NCBI GenBank assembly: GCA_040767085.1
Contig: JAXGPF010000006.1
Location: forward strand, 1 to 64,000
Origin: Kiritimatiellia bacterium
Lineage (GTDB): Bacteria > Verrucomicrobiota > Kiritimatiellia > JAAZAB01
Length of the DNA: 64,000 bases
Direction: 5' to 3'
In this document: positions 55,086-64,000 of the stretch, one piece after another
How positions within the stretch are numbered: position 1 is the first letter of the stretch
Layout of the letters: every line of letters begins with the position of its first letter
Notes under the pieces: generated by a model
What the model saw: the letters and a program-made list of their open reading frames with translations, nothing else
Databases searched by the model: none
What the model was told of the DNA's origin: nothing
Program-made: the position numbers and the translations under genes

Positions 55086-55191
55086 ACGGCGGTCAAGGGA
55101 CCCAGGCTTTGCCAAGGCTACGCCGGGCAAGCTGACCGCCCTACCAAATTTTTCTACAATGCACGGCGGTCAAGGGACTGACCGCCCTACC
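55086..55191. repeat. Two direct REP-like units, the first carrying a 31-bp insertion
   Basis: CGGCGGTCAAGGGA[31 bp]CTGACCGCCCTACC followed by intact CGGCGGTCAAGGGACTGACCGCCCTACC; reverse complement of the 43070 unit. Confidence 0.85.
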
Positions 55192-55227
55192 TTTTTCCCG
55201 CAATGCAAGGCGTCGCCTTGCCTGAAC

Positions 55228-58200
55228 TTACCGTCTTCCCAGCACCGGCGTGGCGCCGGCAGGCCCGAACTCGCCGCTCATTTCCCGCCCATTCAACAAG
55301 ACGCTCCAGGCGCCGGTCGGCGGATAGTAATAGGCGGGATCCGTGCGGCCATCGCCATTGTAATCGCCGGGCACTGGGATGACGCCATACCAGCCGAACT
55401 GGCCTTCCACGGCAGGCTGCCCGTTCATGGGATAAACGCGCCACCAGCCGGTATTGGCGTTGAACACCGCCAGGTCGGTCCGGCCGTCCCCGTCGTAATC
55501 GCCCGGCACGGGGATTTCATGCGGTCCGCCCCACTGCAGGTTGGAGTTCTGCCCGAACCAGGTGCGGATGGACCAGACGCCCGAGGCCGGATCGTAAACT
55601 GCCAGGTCGGTCCGGCCGTCCCCGTCATAGTCGCCCGGCACGGGGATATGCGTCGGCCCGCCGTGGCTGACGCTCAGCAGTTGTTGATTGTTGTAAGGAT
55701 AGATATGCCAGGCGCCGGTAACGCGGTCATACAGCGCCAGTTCCGTGAACATGTCGCCGTCGTAGTCGCCCGGCACGGGGATCATGTTGGCCAGGCCGAA
55801 GGGCAGGTTGTAGTAATCCCCGCTCATGGTCCAGACCTGCCACAAACCGGAAGCCGCCTGGTACAGCGCCAGGTCGCTGCAACCGTCGCCATCGAAGTCG
55901 CCCGTCAGCGGCGTCATCGAGGCATCGCCAAACTGCCCCTGGTCAACCAGGCCAGCCATGGTATAGACATGCCAATCTCCGGCGGTTGGATCATACACCA
56001 CGGCGTCGGTGCGACCGTCACCATCAATGTCAGCCGGGCTGGCCGCCGGGCCATAGCAGGGAGGCCGGTAATACGGGAAGTCGGCGCGATCCAGGGGATC
56101 GGTGTTGTAACGCCGCAATTCCGCGCCATCCGAATAGCCGTCGCCATCGCTGTCCCAGACGGTGGGATTCAACACCGGGCCGCGGGCGCGCGGCTGGTAC
56201 CCGTAAACCAATCCGTTATAATGAACCTCGAAAGCGTCCGTCAGGCCGTCGTCGTCGGTGTCCAGCAGGCGCGGATTCAGCACGCCGCTGGAATACTGGT
56301 ATTCCTGGTAGTTGGTTTCGCCATCGCCGTCGAAGTCCGTGTCGCCGGTTTGATTCAGGCTGCCGAAATATTCCATTTCCCAGGCATCGGGCAGCATGTC
56401 GTTGTCCAGGTCATGGTCGCGCAGGACCAGTTTGCGCCCGGTCAACTGCATGGTGTTCACCAGCGCCAGCTGCCCGGGTTTATACATATTGTTGTTGTCC
56501 TGCACAAAGCCCTGGGTTTTCCAGGCGGCCCATTCGCCGGACGGCGTCCCGCCGAACGGCGCGGTGTCAATATAAGCCCGCACATAATACGCGCCCTCAG
56601 GCAAGCCCTTGATGGTGAAGGGAATGATCTTGTTGGGATCGGACGTGCGGGGAATGGCCTCGCGCACGCGCGCCTCCGGCATGCCGCTGAAGCCGATGTT
56701 GTCAAAGGCTTCCACCACGAGGCGGGTGGCAGTCGTCTTGCCGTAATAGTAAACTTTGCCGCTGATGGTGCGGGTGTAACTGCTGTTCAGATTGATCTCA
56801 AAGGTCTGGACGGACCCCAGGTCATCGCCGGACCACGGCCCCTGCCCGGCCGGGTTCCAGCCGGCCACGCGCCAGAAATAGGTCCCATTGCCCCATTCGG
56901 AGGCGTAAGCGTCGGGATAATCGCGGCAGATGCCGTCGCGGTCGCGCCCGGGCGCCGGGTAAAGCCGGTCTTCCACCATCGTCAACCGCCCATCGCTCTC
57001 CTTGCGCGCCACCTGCAGGTGGTACATGGTGGCGTTGGTGCCCATGGTCCACTCGAACTGGTTGCGGGCGGCGTACAGCGTGGCGCCGCGGGGCGCGACC
57101 GCGTAAGCCCGCTCCGGCAGGCTCCAATTGATGAAGAACGTGCCGTTTTGCGCGCCCGCCCACCAGCGGTAGGAGCCGGCCGGCATGCCATAGAAGCCGT
57201 AGCGCTGGCAATCCCATTCGTGGAAGAAATTGCGCGGGGCGCGGATATTAAGGTCGAAGTGGTTCGGCGACCCCGCGATGCTGGTGTGATTGATGATCAC
57301 ATGGGTCAGGAGGTTGGTGTCGGAAATATTGGTGGAGCCGGGCAGACTCCACTTAAAGCGGTGATAGCCCGGCAGATTCTCGTGCAGGTAAATGCGGAGA
57401 TCCCGCAAATCGGAAACACCCAGATGGTAAGGCTGGCCATGCGTCACGCCGAACGGTTCGCCCTCGTCCCATTGGTTATTGCCGTTGACATCCAGGATAC
57501 CCGCCAGGTACACCGGGCCTTCCTTGAAGCCGGAGAAACCGAACATGGGGTTCGCCGGATCAATATACGGATAAGATACGCTGATCTCATTGCCTTCCGC
57601 CGGCACTTCGTCGTTAGCCCAGGTCAGGAAAAATTCGCCGGTATTGTAATCCAGCCGGCCGGCGACGCCTTCGCCTGTGCCTTCGCCTTCATAGGTAAAG
57701 GCCTCAGGACCGGTAAAGGTAAACGTCGCGTAACTGTAATACACCATCTGTCCGTCCCACCAATACATGATGGCCGAGATTCTAACCGCCGTGCCGGCCC
57801 GCAAGGGCGCGTAAGGCAACCGGCCGTTATAGGACCGGGTGCCGTTGGCGTAACCGATCACTTCGGAGATGGTGTTGTCCAGTCCGATCTGGGAGGCTTG
57901 CTCGGGACCGTCCATGGAATCCACCTGGTAGCCCCAGACGCGGTAGGTGCCGGTTTTCTGGCCGGTATAAATGATCCGGCCGGTGACGCGCGGGCTGGGA
58001 CGGCTCCCGGAATTCGAGGGGTCGGTGCCGGCGATGAACTCGGCGTAATTGCTCCAGCCGTCATTGTCCTTGTCCAGATGCGAGTCATCCCGCTTGGGAT
58101 CGAGTCCGTACTCGGTTTCCCAGGTGTCGGGCATGCCGTCGCCATCGTCATACAGTTCGCCCCAGGTCAGGGCGTAGGGGTCGGTGGTGCTGCGGCTGTT

Positions 58201-61200
58201 GTAATCGCTCAAGCCGTCGCCGTCCGTATCCCAGTTCATCGGGTTGGTGCCGGCCATGTACTCGGCCCAGTTGGACAGGCCGTCGGCGTCCGGATCGCCC
58301 CAGCGCCCATTGACGCCGGTGGCGTCAAAAGGATCCAGCCCGTAGAGCAGTTCCCACCGATCCGGCAGTCCGTCACCGTCGGAATCAATCGTATCCGGAT
58401 CCTGGGGATCGATGGAACTCAACCAGGTGTCCGGCGGTTTCTTGCCCTGGGCCTTGCCGACCAGCCACATGCCGCGGCCCATGTCAATGCCATAGCCGCG
58501 ATGGGTGAAATTGTACGGATTCGCGTTATTGCGGAAATCCTCCGGAAGAGTGACCTCGCTGTAATTGGAGACGGAAATGCCGTAGCCATCAGGCTCAACG
58601 CCCGGCTGCGCCAGTGAAACCTGGTCAATAACGCGCGTATCCAGCGGCAGCATGCGCGGGATGCTCCTGACGCGGTCCTGGGCGATAACAATGTAATTGG
58701 GATAAATTTCCGAGAAATTCAGCCGGCCGTAACTCACATCCACCGGCAGCGGGGGCCGCCACGGCAACTCGGAAGGCGCGGTGCCTTCAATGGCCGGATC
58801 GGGCAGGCTGTTAAATGTATAGTAGGAGAACAGACTGTTGGCGCCATGCTGGTATGGATCATTGCCGTAAAGCACCAGGCCGACTTCCTCCTGGGTCAGG
58901 CGCCGCAGGCGCCTTTCCTGGATTTCCGCCGTGTTCAAGACCCGGTCCCAGACCCGCACTTCGTCAATATAGCCGCCGAAAAACTTGCTGCCGGCCATGG
59001 GGAAATGCCAGCCGCCTATAAGCTCCGAGCCGCCGACGGTCATGGTGCAATTGGCATGCCAAAGTCCGTAATCGCCCTCAATGCCCCGCGCCGGGATATC
59101 CGTCGTGCGATGCGTCGCCGCGGCACTGCCGTTGACGTAGAGTGTCAGCATGGTTCCATCGAACACCCCCGCCAGGTGAATCCACTCGTTGGTTTGCATC
59201 TGCCCCGCCAGATTCGCGGCGGACGCCCGCTGTTCGGCCCAGGAGCCCAGGCCGTGGAACAAGACATACGGCACGCCGTTGGACCCGATGCCCAACTGGA
59301 AATTGGCCAGCATGCTCAGCTGCGAGCCGCTCGGTCCCAGGATTTGATATTGCGAGGCTTTTTCGACGATGACCTGGTCATGGGGCGCCGTCAGGCGGGA
59401 AGGACGCACCCAGGCTTCCACGGTAAACTTCGTGAAGTCGCCGTAATGCGACCAGGCATACGAACGGCACCAGGAATTGGTGCCGTCCAGCCACAAAACG
59501 CGGTTGCGCAACGGGCTATTGGCATCCAGGGGGTCGGTACCGGCCACCCAATCGTTGGTGCGGAAACCGGTAACTTCCTGGTAATCCCCGATCAAATCGC
59601 CGTCCGTGTCATAACCTTCCGTCATGGCGGCAAACCGGAACGGGAACCAACTCGGCCCGCTCGAAAAACCGAACGCGCTCCAATTTTCCTTGTAGTTAAA
59701 ATACACAAACACGTATGGGTTCAATGCATTCGCGCTGGAATACGGGTCGGTCCGCCACAGGGGCGACGGACAGGTGTGCAACTGCGCCTGCCGGTAATAA
59801 GAATATTCCTGGAAACTCGACAAGCCGTCGCCATCCGGATCGTTCCCCGGGCACCCATGCCCGTGCGGACCAATTAAATTTCCCACCATCATGAGCTTAA
59901 CGTTCGCGTCGTCCGTCGCATGCATGGTGTTGAAATAATCCACCAATTCCATGAAATTCTGGAATGGCCCGGAGGAGGCGCTGCCGACTTGCTCGCCCGG
60001 GATGCCGGGCGCGCTGTCGGTTGCCCGCGTCAGCCCCAGATCGTAATGCACACCTTCCAGGTTGATATACAGCGGATTCAGGCAATGGAAGACATCCCAG
60101 AAATCATCCATGCCGTTGACATTGGAGTCCATGGGTGTAATAGAAGGTCTGCTGCTGAAGAAATGGCTAGGGCCGGCAAAAGTGGTATTGTAATTTTCGT
60201 AACCGCCCCAACGGCCGCTGTAACCCCAGCAGTTGGTGGCCGGGAACGCGGCGCGCAGCACGGCGACATCCTGGGTGACGCCGCTCAAGGCATTCGCATA
60301 CATGAACGAGGCGCAGGACAGGTAATGCGGCGGCAGGAAAACGTCCATGTTACGCGGACCAATCCCTGTATCCCACGGCATGGTGCGCCGCGAGATGAAT
60401 TTAACGGCCTGGTATGAGGCAAATAAATCCGGCGGCATCCAGCGGGGATTACAGAACTGCCATTCGGTAACGGTGCCCGTCCAGTATTCCTGCCAATTGA
60501 TCAAACCATCGCCGTCGGTGTCGGCGTTGGCGTCGTTGAAGCGCGGGTTGGCGCCGGCGAAAATCTCCCAGCCGTCGGGCAAACCGTCGCCGTCGGTGTC
60601 TGCCAGGGTCGGGCAGGTCAGGTGCGTCTGTTCCACCCCGTCCAGCACGCCATCCCAGTCGGTATCGCGCGGATGCGGGTCATTCGGCGCCGGCGCCAGG
60701 ATGACCCCGGGGTCGCTGGGCAAAAGCTTGGCGTCATACGCGCTGCCCTGCGCCAGCAGGTGGGCCCGATTGGCCCATTCCAGCAGGTTGCTGAGCCCGT
60801 CGCCGTCGGCATCGGCGCCGGCGTCTCCACTGTAATTCGGGTTCAATCCGACATACAATTCCCAGCCATCGGGTATATTATCGCTGTCCGAATCCTGGCG
60901 GGACGGGTCGGTGGCGGAAGGGCGGCCGGGGAACAGCCAATCGTCGTTGACCGCGATGACGCGGCCGGCGGCATCCCAGGAAAGCCGCCCGATATAGTCG
61001 CCGCCCAGGTATTCCTGGAAATTGTTGTAACGCGCGGTGAAATCGGGGCCGGGCCACCGGACAGCGCGGCTGGCGGTGCCGGCGGCGTTGGTCATGTTCA
61101 GCACCAGCTGGCCGGCGCCTTCCATCCAGGCCGTGAAGGGGCTGAACATCGAAACGCCGGGGTGCAGTTCAACCGGCGTGGATTTATATACCAGTTCGTT

Positions 61201-64000
61201 TTTGATGATCGGGTTGACAATCCAGACATCGGCCTCGGTAAAAGTCCCGTCGCCGTCCATATCCACCCAGATCGGATGGCCGGCGGCGTAGGGCGGCAAA
61301 CCGGCGTCCATGCCGTAGTACACATCTTCCGCGATCAAGTCGCCGGTCATGCCGTTGGACAAGGGCTCGGAGGCGAGCAGAACCTGATCGGTGAACAGGG
61401 TGAACACGCCGTCGCCATCCACGTCCATCCATGCGGTTTTGACCTGGGTGGCGATGGGCGTATTGCTCAAAACACCGGTGTAATAAACATCGTAAGGCAT
61501 CAAGGTGCCGGCCACCGGAGCGGTCAGACCGTTGGTCATCTGCAGCACGCCGTACAAATACGTTGTCCGGTTGGTCTCGCCGGTGCCGGGATCAATCGTC
61601 GTCACAGTGAAGTTCCTGCGCACGGCCTGGTAATCATTATCGGGGTTTTCGTAAGCATCGCTGTAATCCAGCGGGTTCAGCCCGAAATACTCTTCCCACC
61701 AGTCATCCATGCTGTCGCCATCCGTATCGGCATGCGTCGGGTCGGTGCCCAGCAGGTATTCCTGGATGTCCGTCAACTCGTCCCCGTCGGTATCCCAATT
61801 ACCGGCGTTGGCGAAGGTGGGCTTAAGCGTCACCCATCCCAGGTTGGCGCTGGCAGTCAAGCCGCGGGCGAACGCCTCCGCCGAACGCCAGTACCAGAAG
61901 TAATACTCCCAGCCATCGGTCATCTCGTCTTCATCGGTGTCTTCCATCCGTGGATCCGTGCCCGGATCGTCATTCGGCGTCCAGTAAGCGTCGAAAGTAG
62001 TCGCGGAAGTCCAATGCCCGCCATTGGTGGAAATAACTCCGTCGAAACCGCGGCATTCCAGCAGGTTATGAAAAGACGGTCCGCCGGCATAACCTGTTTT
62101 GTCGCTCACCCCCAGCGTTTGCGGAGTGAGCATGCGCGTGCGCCGCAACGGGTACCCGGGAATTGCGCCGGCGATACCATCATATGAAATCCAATAAACT
62201 CCACCGGCCATATCACCGTCCGGCGATTGCGAATCATCCCTGACGGAGACCAGTGCCGGCGTATTGGTCGCCGTGGAGGGAATCCAGTCCCCATCCGGGT
62301 TGCCATAAGCTCCATTAGCCGCGGCGCTGTCCTTGGGATTTAATCCCCATGCGACTTCCCATTGATCTGGCAAGCCGTCTCCATCCAGGTCGCCGGCATT
62401 GTCCCACGGATATTTTTCGCGGCTGAATAGAACTGTAACAATCCGGTCGCTGTCCATCGTCAAGGTGATGGGATTGAGTCGGGAAGGCGAACCATAACTG
62501 CCCAACTCGTTGTTCACCCAGGCCGTACCGCTCCAACGCCGGCCAGTCCATTCAAAGAAATAACTCTTATAGGCCACGCCATCTACCACGACATTGGACG
62601 GGATGGCTGCCAGGGTCACTTCCGTGTCGGAAGGATAATAAAACGATTCCGGATCGTTCGGGATAGGAGTGCCTTCCGGTGCCCGTTGGACAAAACCCGC
62701 GCCCACCAGCCAATTGGAATTGGTTTCGCCGGCCAGGATGACATGCACCGTGAGTTTTTTCGCGGTAAAAGCATAAGTGGCAATGAAATCCGTAATGACA
62801 CCCTCCGTTGTAGTGTGCGTCACAGGGTTAGGTGTCGGCGACCCATACAACGGACCTAAGCTGTTGAAGTAAACGCTATATTCGCCAACCGGCGCATTGG
62901 ATATAGTGGTCTCTCCGGTCCCGTTAAAAGGCCCGGTATAGTCCGAGGGATATTCCGTGATGGTCCAAGTGGCATTGGACAAAACATTGCCGTCGCCGTC
63001 CCGCGGCAGAATATGCAAATCGCCGTATTGCCGGGAGTAACCCCCGGTCACCTCCTGCGGACTGGCGCCGGACAGCACCACCGAAGTATTGGCCGGCTTG
63101 GTGTAACCCACCACATTAGAAAACACGATCGTAACCGTGCCCGTGGGCAGCGGATTCACAACAGTGGAAACCGGCGCACCGCTGCCGTCATGCAAGTGAG
63201 TGTACCGGGTCGCATAGGCGCTGGAATTGGTCAGCAGGGCCGACGGAGCAGAGAACGACCAGTAGGCTGTCGCCTCGGATACAATTCCCGTAGTGACTAC
63301 TGATAACGTGTTGGAATATTTATCGAAGTAAAAATTTGTTATAGTATACACCGGGTTTGCCATTAGCGTCTCATATGGCATCCCCCACGGGCCATTGCCC
63401 CAATACACATCTTGCCCGCGATAAATAAAAGTTCTGTTGACCGCGGTGTCGCCAAAATTATAACTGGCGCCAGACTGATACCAGTTAGCACCGTTATTGA
63501 AACTCCAATACCCCGCATTTATTACGTTACTACCGCCATCCTTTAAATAAATGTATGTAAGTTTTTGTCCACTATAGGTGTAATTACCTATGTAGTCGGT
63601 AGTAACACCGTTAGCATTGGATTTCGAGACTGCGCTGGGAGTCGAATATCCAGCGACCGAACCAAATGTCACTGTGTACGTGCCAACCGGGGCATTGACA
63701 ATAGTCCACTCGCCTGTTCCGGATGTCGAATTAGTATAATCAGTCGGATACTGGGTAATAGTCCATGGGGCATTCGTCAACGGATTGGCATATTCATCTT
63801 GCGGCAGTATATGAATGTCGCCATGTTGCCGGGTGTAAATACCGGTCACCGCCTGAGGATCAGCGCCTGTCACTATATAATTTATATTACTAGGCTTATC
63901 GTAGCCTGGCAGATTGGAAAACACGATCGTGACTGCCCCGGTAGGAAGGGGGGTTAAATCCGTCGGGACCGGCGCACCGTCACCGTAATGTATGTGCGTG
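55228..64000 (-). CDS. Giant surface/secreted protein (over 2,900 aa, 5' end outside window): PEGA/Ig-like repeats, many TSP3-like Ca-binding repeats, LamG domain, C-terminal FG-GAP repeats
   Basis: The frame stays open past 63924 to the window edge (THIHYGDGAPVPTDLTPLPTGAVTIV). Repeated D(T/S)DGDGLPD.WE...GL.P; LamG FTVEAWVRP...WIHLAG...GYIDEVRVW (about 58930-59500); PGDYDGDGRTDLAV repeats. Confidence 0.9.
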   Translation of the reverse strand, partial: THIHYGDGAPVPTDLTPLPTGAVTIVFSNLPGYDKPSNINYIVTGADPQAVTGIYTRQHGDIHILPQDEYANPLTNAPWTITQYPTDYTNSTSGTGEWTIVNAPVGTYTVTFGSVAGYSTPSAVSKSNANGVTTDYIGNYTYSGQKLTYIYLKDGGSNVINAGYWSFNNGANWYQSGASYNFGDTAVNRTFIYRGQDVYWGNGPWGMPYETLMANPVYTITNFYFDKYSNTLSVVTTGIVSEATAYWSFSAPSALLTNSSAYATRYTHLHDGSGAPVSTVVNPLPTGTVTIVFSNVVGYTKPANTSVVLSGASPQEVTGGYSRQYGDLHILPRDGDGNVLSNATWTITEYPSDYTGPFNGTGETTISNAPVGEYSVYFNSLGPLYGSPTPNPVTHTTTEGVITDFIATYAFTAKKLTVHVILAGETNSNWLVGAGFVQRAPEGTPIPNDPESFYYPSDTEVTLAAIPSNVVVDGVAYKSYFFEWTGRRWSGTAWVNNELGSYGSPSRLNPITLTMDSDRIVTVLFSREKYPWDNAGDLDGDGLPDQWEVAWGLNPKDSAAANGAYGNPDGDWIPSTATNTPALVSVRDDSQSPDGDMAGGVYWISYDGIAGAIPGYPLRRTRMLTPQTLGVSDKTGYAGGPSFHNLLECRGFDGVISTNGGHWTSATTFDAYWTPNDDPGTDPRMEDTDEDEMTDGWEYYFWYWRSAEAFARGLTASANLGWVTLKPTFANAGNWDTDGDELTDIQEYLLGTDPTHADTDGDSMDDWWEEYFGLNPLDYSDAYENPDNDYQAVRRNFTVTTIDPGTGETNRTTYLYGVLQMTNGLTAPVAGTLMPYDVYYTGVLSNTPIATQVKTAWMDVDGDGVFTLFTDQVLLASEPLSNGMTGDLIAEDVYYGMDAGLPPYAAGHPIWVDMDGDGTFTEADVWIVNPIIKNELVYKSTPVELHPGVSMFSPFTAWMEGAGQLVLNMTNAAGTASRAVRWPGPDFTARYNNFQEYLGGDYIGRLSWDAAGRVIAVNDDWLFPGRPSATDPSRQDSDSDNIPDGWELYVGLNPNYSGDAGADADGDGLSNLLEWANRAHLLAQGSAYDAKLLPSDPGVILAPAPNDPHPRDTDWDGVLDGVEQTHLTCPTLADTDGDGLPDGWEIFAGANPRFNDANADTDGDGLINWQEYWTGTVTEWQFCNPRWMPPDLFASYQAVKFISRRTMPWDTGIGPRNMDVFLPPHYLSCASFMYANALSGVTQDVAVLRAAFPATNCWGYSGRWGGYENYNTTFAGPSHFFSSRPSITPMDSNVNGMDDFWDVFHCLNPLYINLEGVHYDLGLTRATDSAPGIPGEQVGSASSGPFQNFMELVDYFNTMHATDDANVKLMMVGNLIGPHGHGCPGNDPDGDGLSSFQEYSYYRQAQLHTCPSPLWRTDPYSSANALNPYVFVYFNYKENWSAFGFSSGPSWFPFRFAAMTEGYDTDGDLIGDYQEVTGFRTNDWVAGTDPLDANSPLRNRVLWLDGTNSWCRSYAWSHYGDFTKFTVEAWVRPSRLTAPHDQVIVEKASQYQILGPSGSQLSMLANFQLGIGSNGVPYVLFHGLGSWAEQRASAANLAGQMQTNEWIHLAGVFDGTMLTLYVNGSAAATHRTTDIPARGIEGDYGLWHANCTMTVGGSELIGGWHFPMAGSKFFGGYIDEVRVWDRVLNTAEIQERRLRRLTQEEVGLVLYGNDPYQHGANSLFSYYTFNSLPDPAIEGTAPSELPWRPPLPVDVSYGRLNFSEIYPNYIVIAQDRVRSIPRMLPLDTRVIDQVSLAQPGVEPDGYGISVSNYSEVTLPEDFRNNANPYNFTHRGYGIDMGRGMWLVGKAQGKKPPDTWLSSIDPQDPDTIDSDGDGLPDRWELLYGLDPFDATGVNGRWGDPDADGLSNWAEYMAGTNPMNWDTDGDGLSDYNSRSTTDPYALTWGELYDDGDGMPDTWETEYGLDPKRDDSHLDKDNDGWSNYAEFIAGTDPSNSGSRPSPRVTGRIIYTGQKTGTYRVWGYQVDSMDGPEQASQIGLDNTISEVIGYANGTRSYNGRLPYAPLRAGTAVRISAIMYWWDGQMVYYSYATFTFTGPEAFTYEGEGTGEGVAGRLDYNTGEFFLTWANDEVPAEGNEISVSYPYIDPANPMFGFSGFKEGPVYLAGILDVNGNNQWDEGEPFGVTHGQPYHLGVSDLRDLRIYLHENLPGYHRFKWSLPGSTNISDTNLLTHVIINHTSIAGSPNHFDLNIRAPRNFFHEWDCQRYGFYGMPAGSYRWWAGAQNGTFFINWSLPERAYAVAPRGATLYAARNQFEWTMGTNATMYHLQVARKESDGRLTMVEDRLYPAPGRDRDGICRDYPDAYASEWGNGTYFWRVAGWNPAGQGPWSGDDLGSVQTFEINLNSSYTRTISGKVYYYGKTTATRLVVEAFDNIGFSGMPEARVREAIPRTSDPNKIIPFTIKGLPEGAYYVRAYIDTAPFGGTPSGEWAAWKTQGFVQDNNNMYKPGQLALVNTMQLTGRKLVLRDHDLDNDMLPDAWEMEYFGSLNQTGDTDFDGDGETNYQEYQYSSGVLNPRLLDTDDDGLTDAFEVHYNGLVYGYQPRARGPVLNPTVWDSDGDGYSDGAELRRYNTDPLDRADFPYYRPPCYGPAASPADIDGDGRTDAVVYDPTAGDWHVYTMAGLVDQGQFGDASMTPLTGDFDGDGCSDLALYQAASGLWQVWTMSGDYYNLPFGLANMIPVPGDYDGDMFTELALYDRVTGAWHIYPYNNQQLLSVSHGGPTHIPVPGDYDGDGRTDLAVYDPASGVWSIRTWFGQNSNLQWGGPHEIPVPGDYDGDGRTDLAVFNANTGWWRVYPMNGQPAVEGQFGWYGVIPVPGDYNGDGRTDPAYYYPPTGAWSVLLNGREMSGEFGPAGATPVLGRR

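Noticed and set aside
54910-58617. 1235-aa plus-strand ORF
   Set aside because: It is the antisense shadow of the giant minus-strand gene, as expected at high GC3, and has no recognisable motifs.

Overview
A GC-rich bacterial chromosomal window. It probably comes from an anaerobic PVC-superphylum organism (Kiritimatiellota/Lentisphaerota-like); this is inferred from the Minf_1886-like and DUF1844-like proteins and the style of the large secreted proteins, not from a search. It holds about 52 CDSs: a TolC-MFP-RND efflux operon, serC, a four-subunit Vor/Kor-type 2-oxoacid:ferredoxin oxidoreductase, an ECF sigma/anti-sigma pair, trmJ-phosphatase-nadD-rsfS, Trk/Ktr K+ uptake, cinA, sppA, two paaK-like ligases around an ACT protein, an incomplete Wsp-like chemosensory trio, ROK, HIT and M16 proteins, and three large modular secreted proteins, one of them over 2,900 aa and running off the window end. 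There are also two tRNAs (CAT and Asp-GTC). No transposase, integrase, reverse transcriptase, CRISPR array or rRNA was seen. The most unusual signal is non-coding: several interleaved families of small dispersed elements. These are (1) GTAG-type REP-like palindromes, some interrupted by precise 21-31 bp mini-hairpin insertions whose relatives also sit in frame inside a CDS; (2) a four-copy element with a GTTGAA-N5-TTCAAC core; (3) a four-copy TTTCAAAAC-N4-GTTTTGAAA palindrome; and (4) MITE-like units with AATTTTGCAC/GTGCAAAATT ends and near-perfect flanking duplications. All family assignments come from motif recognition by eye.
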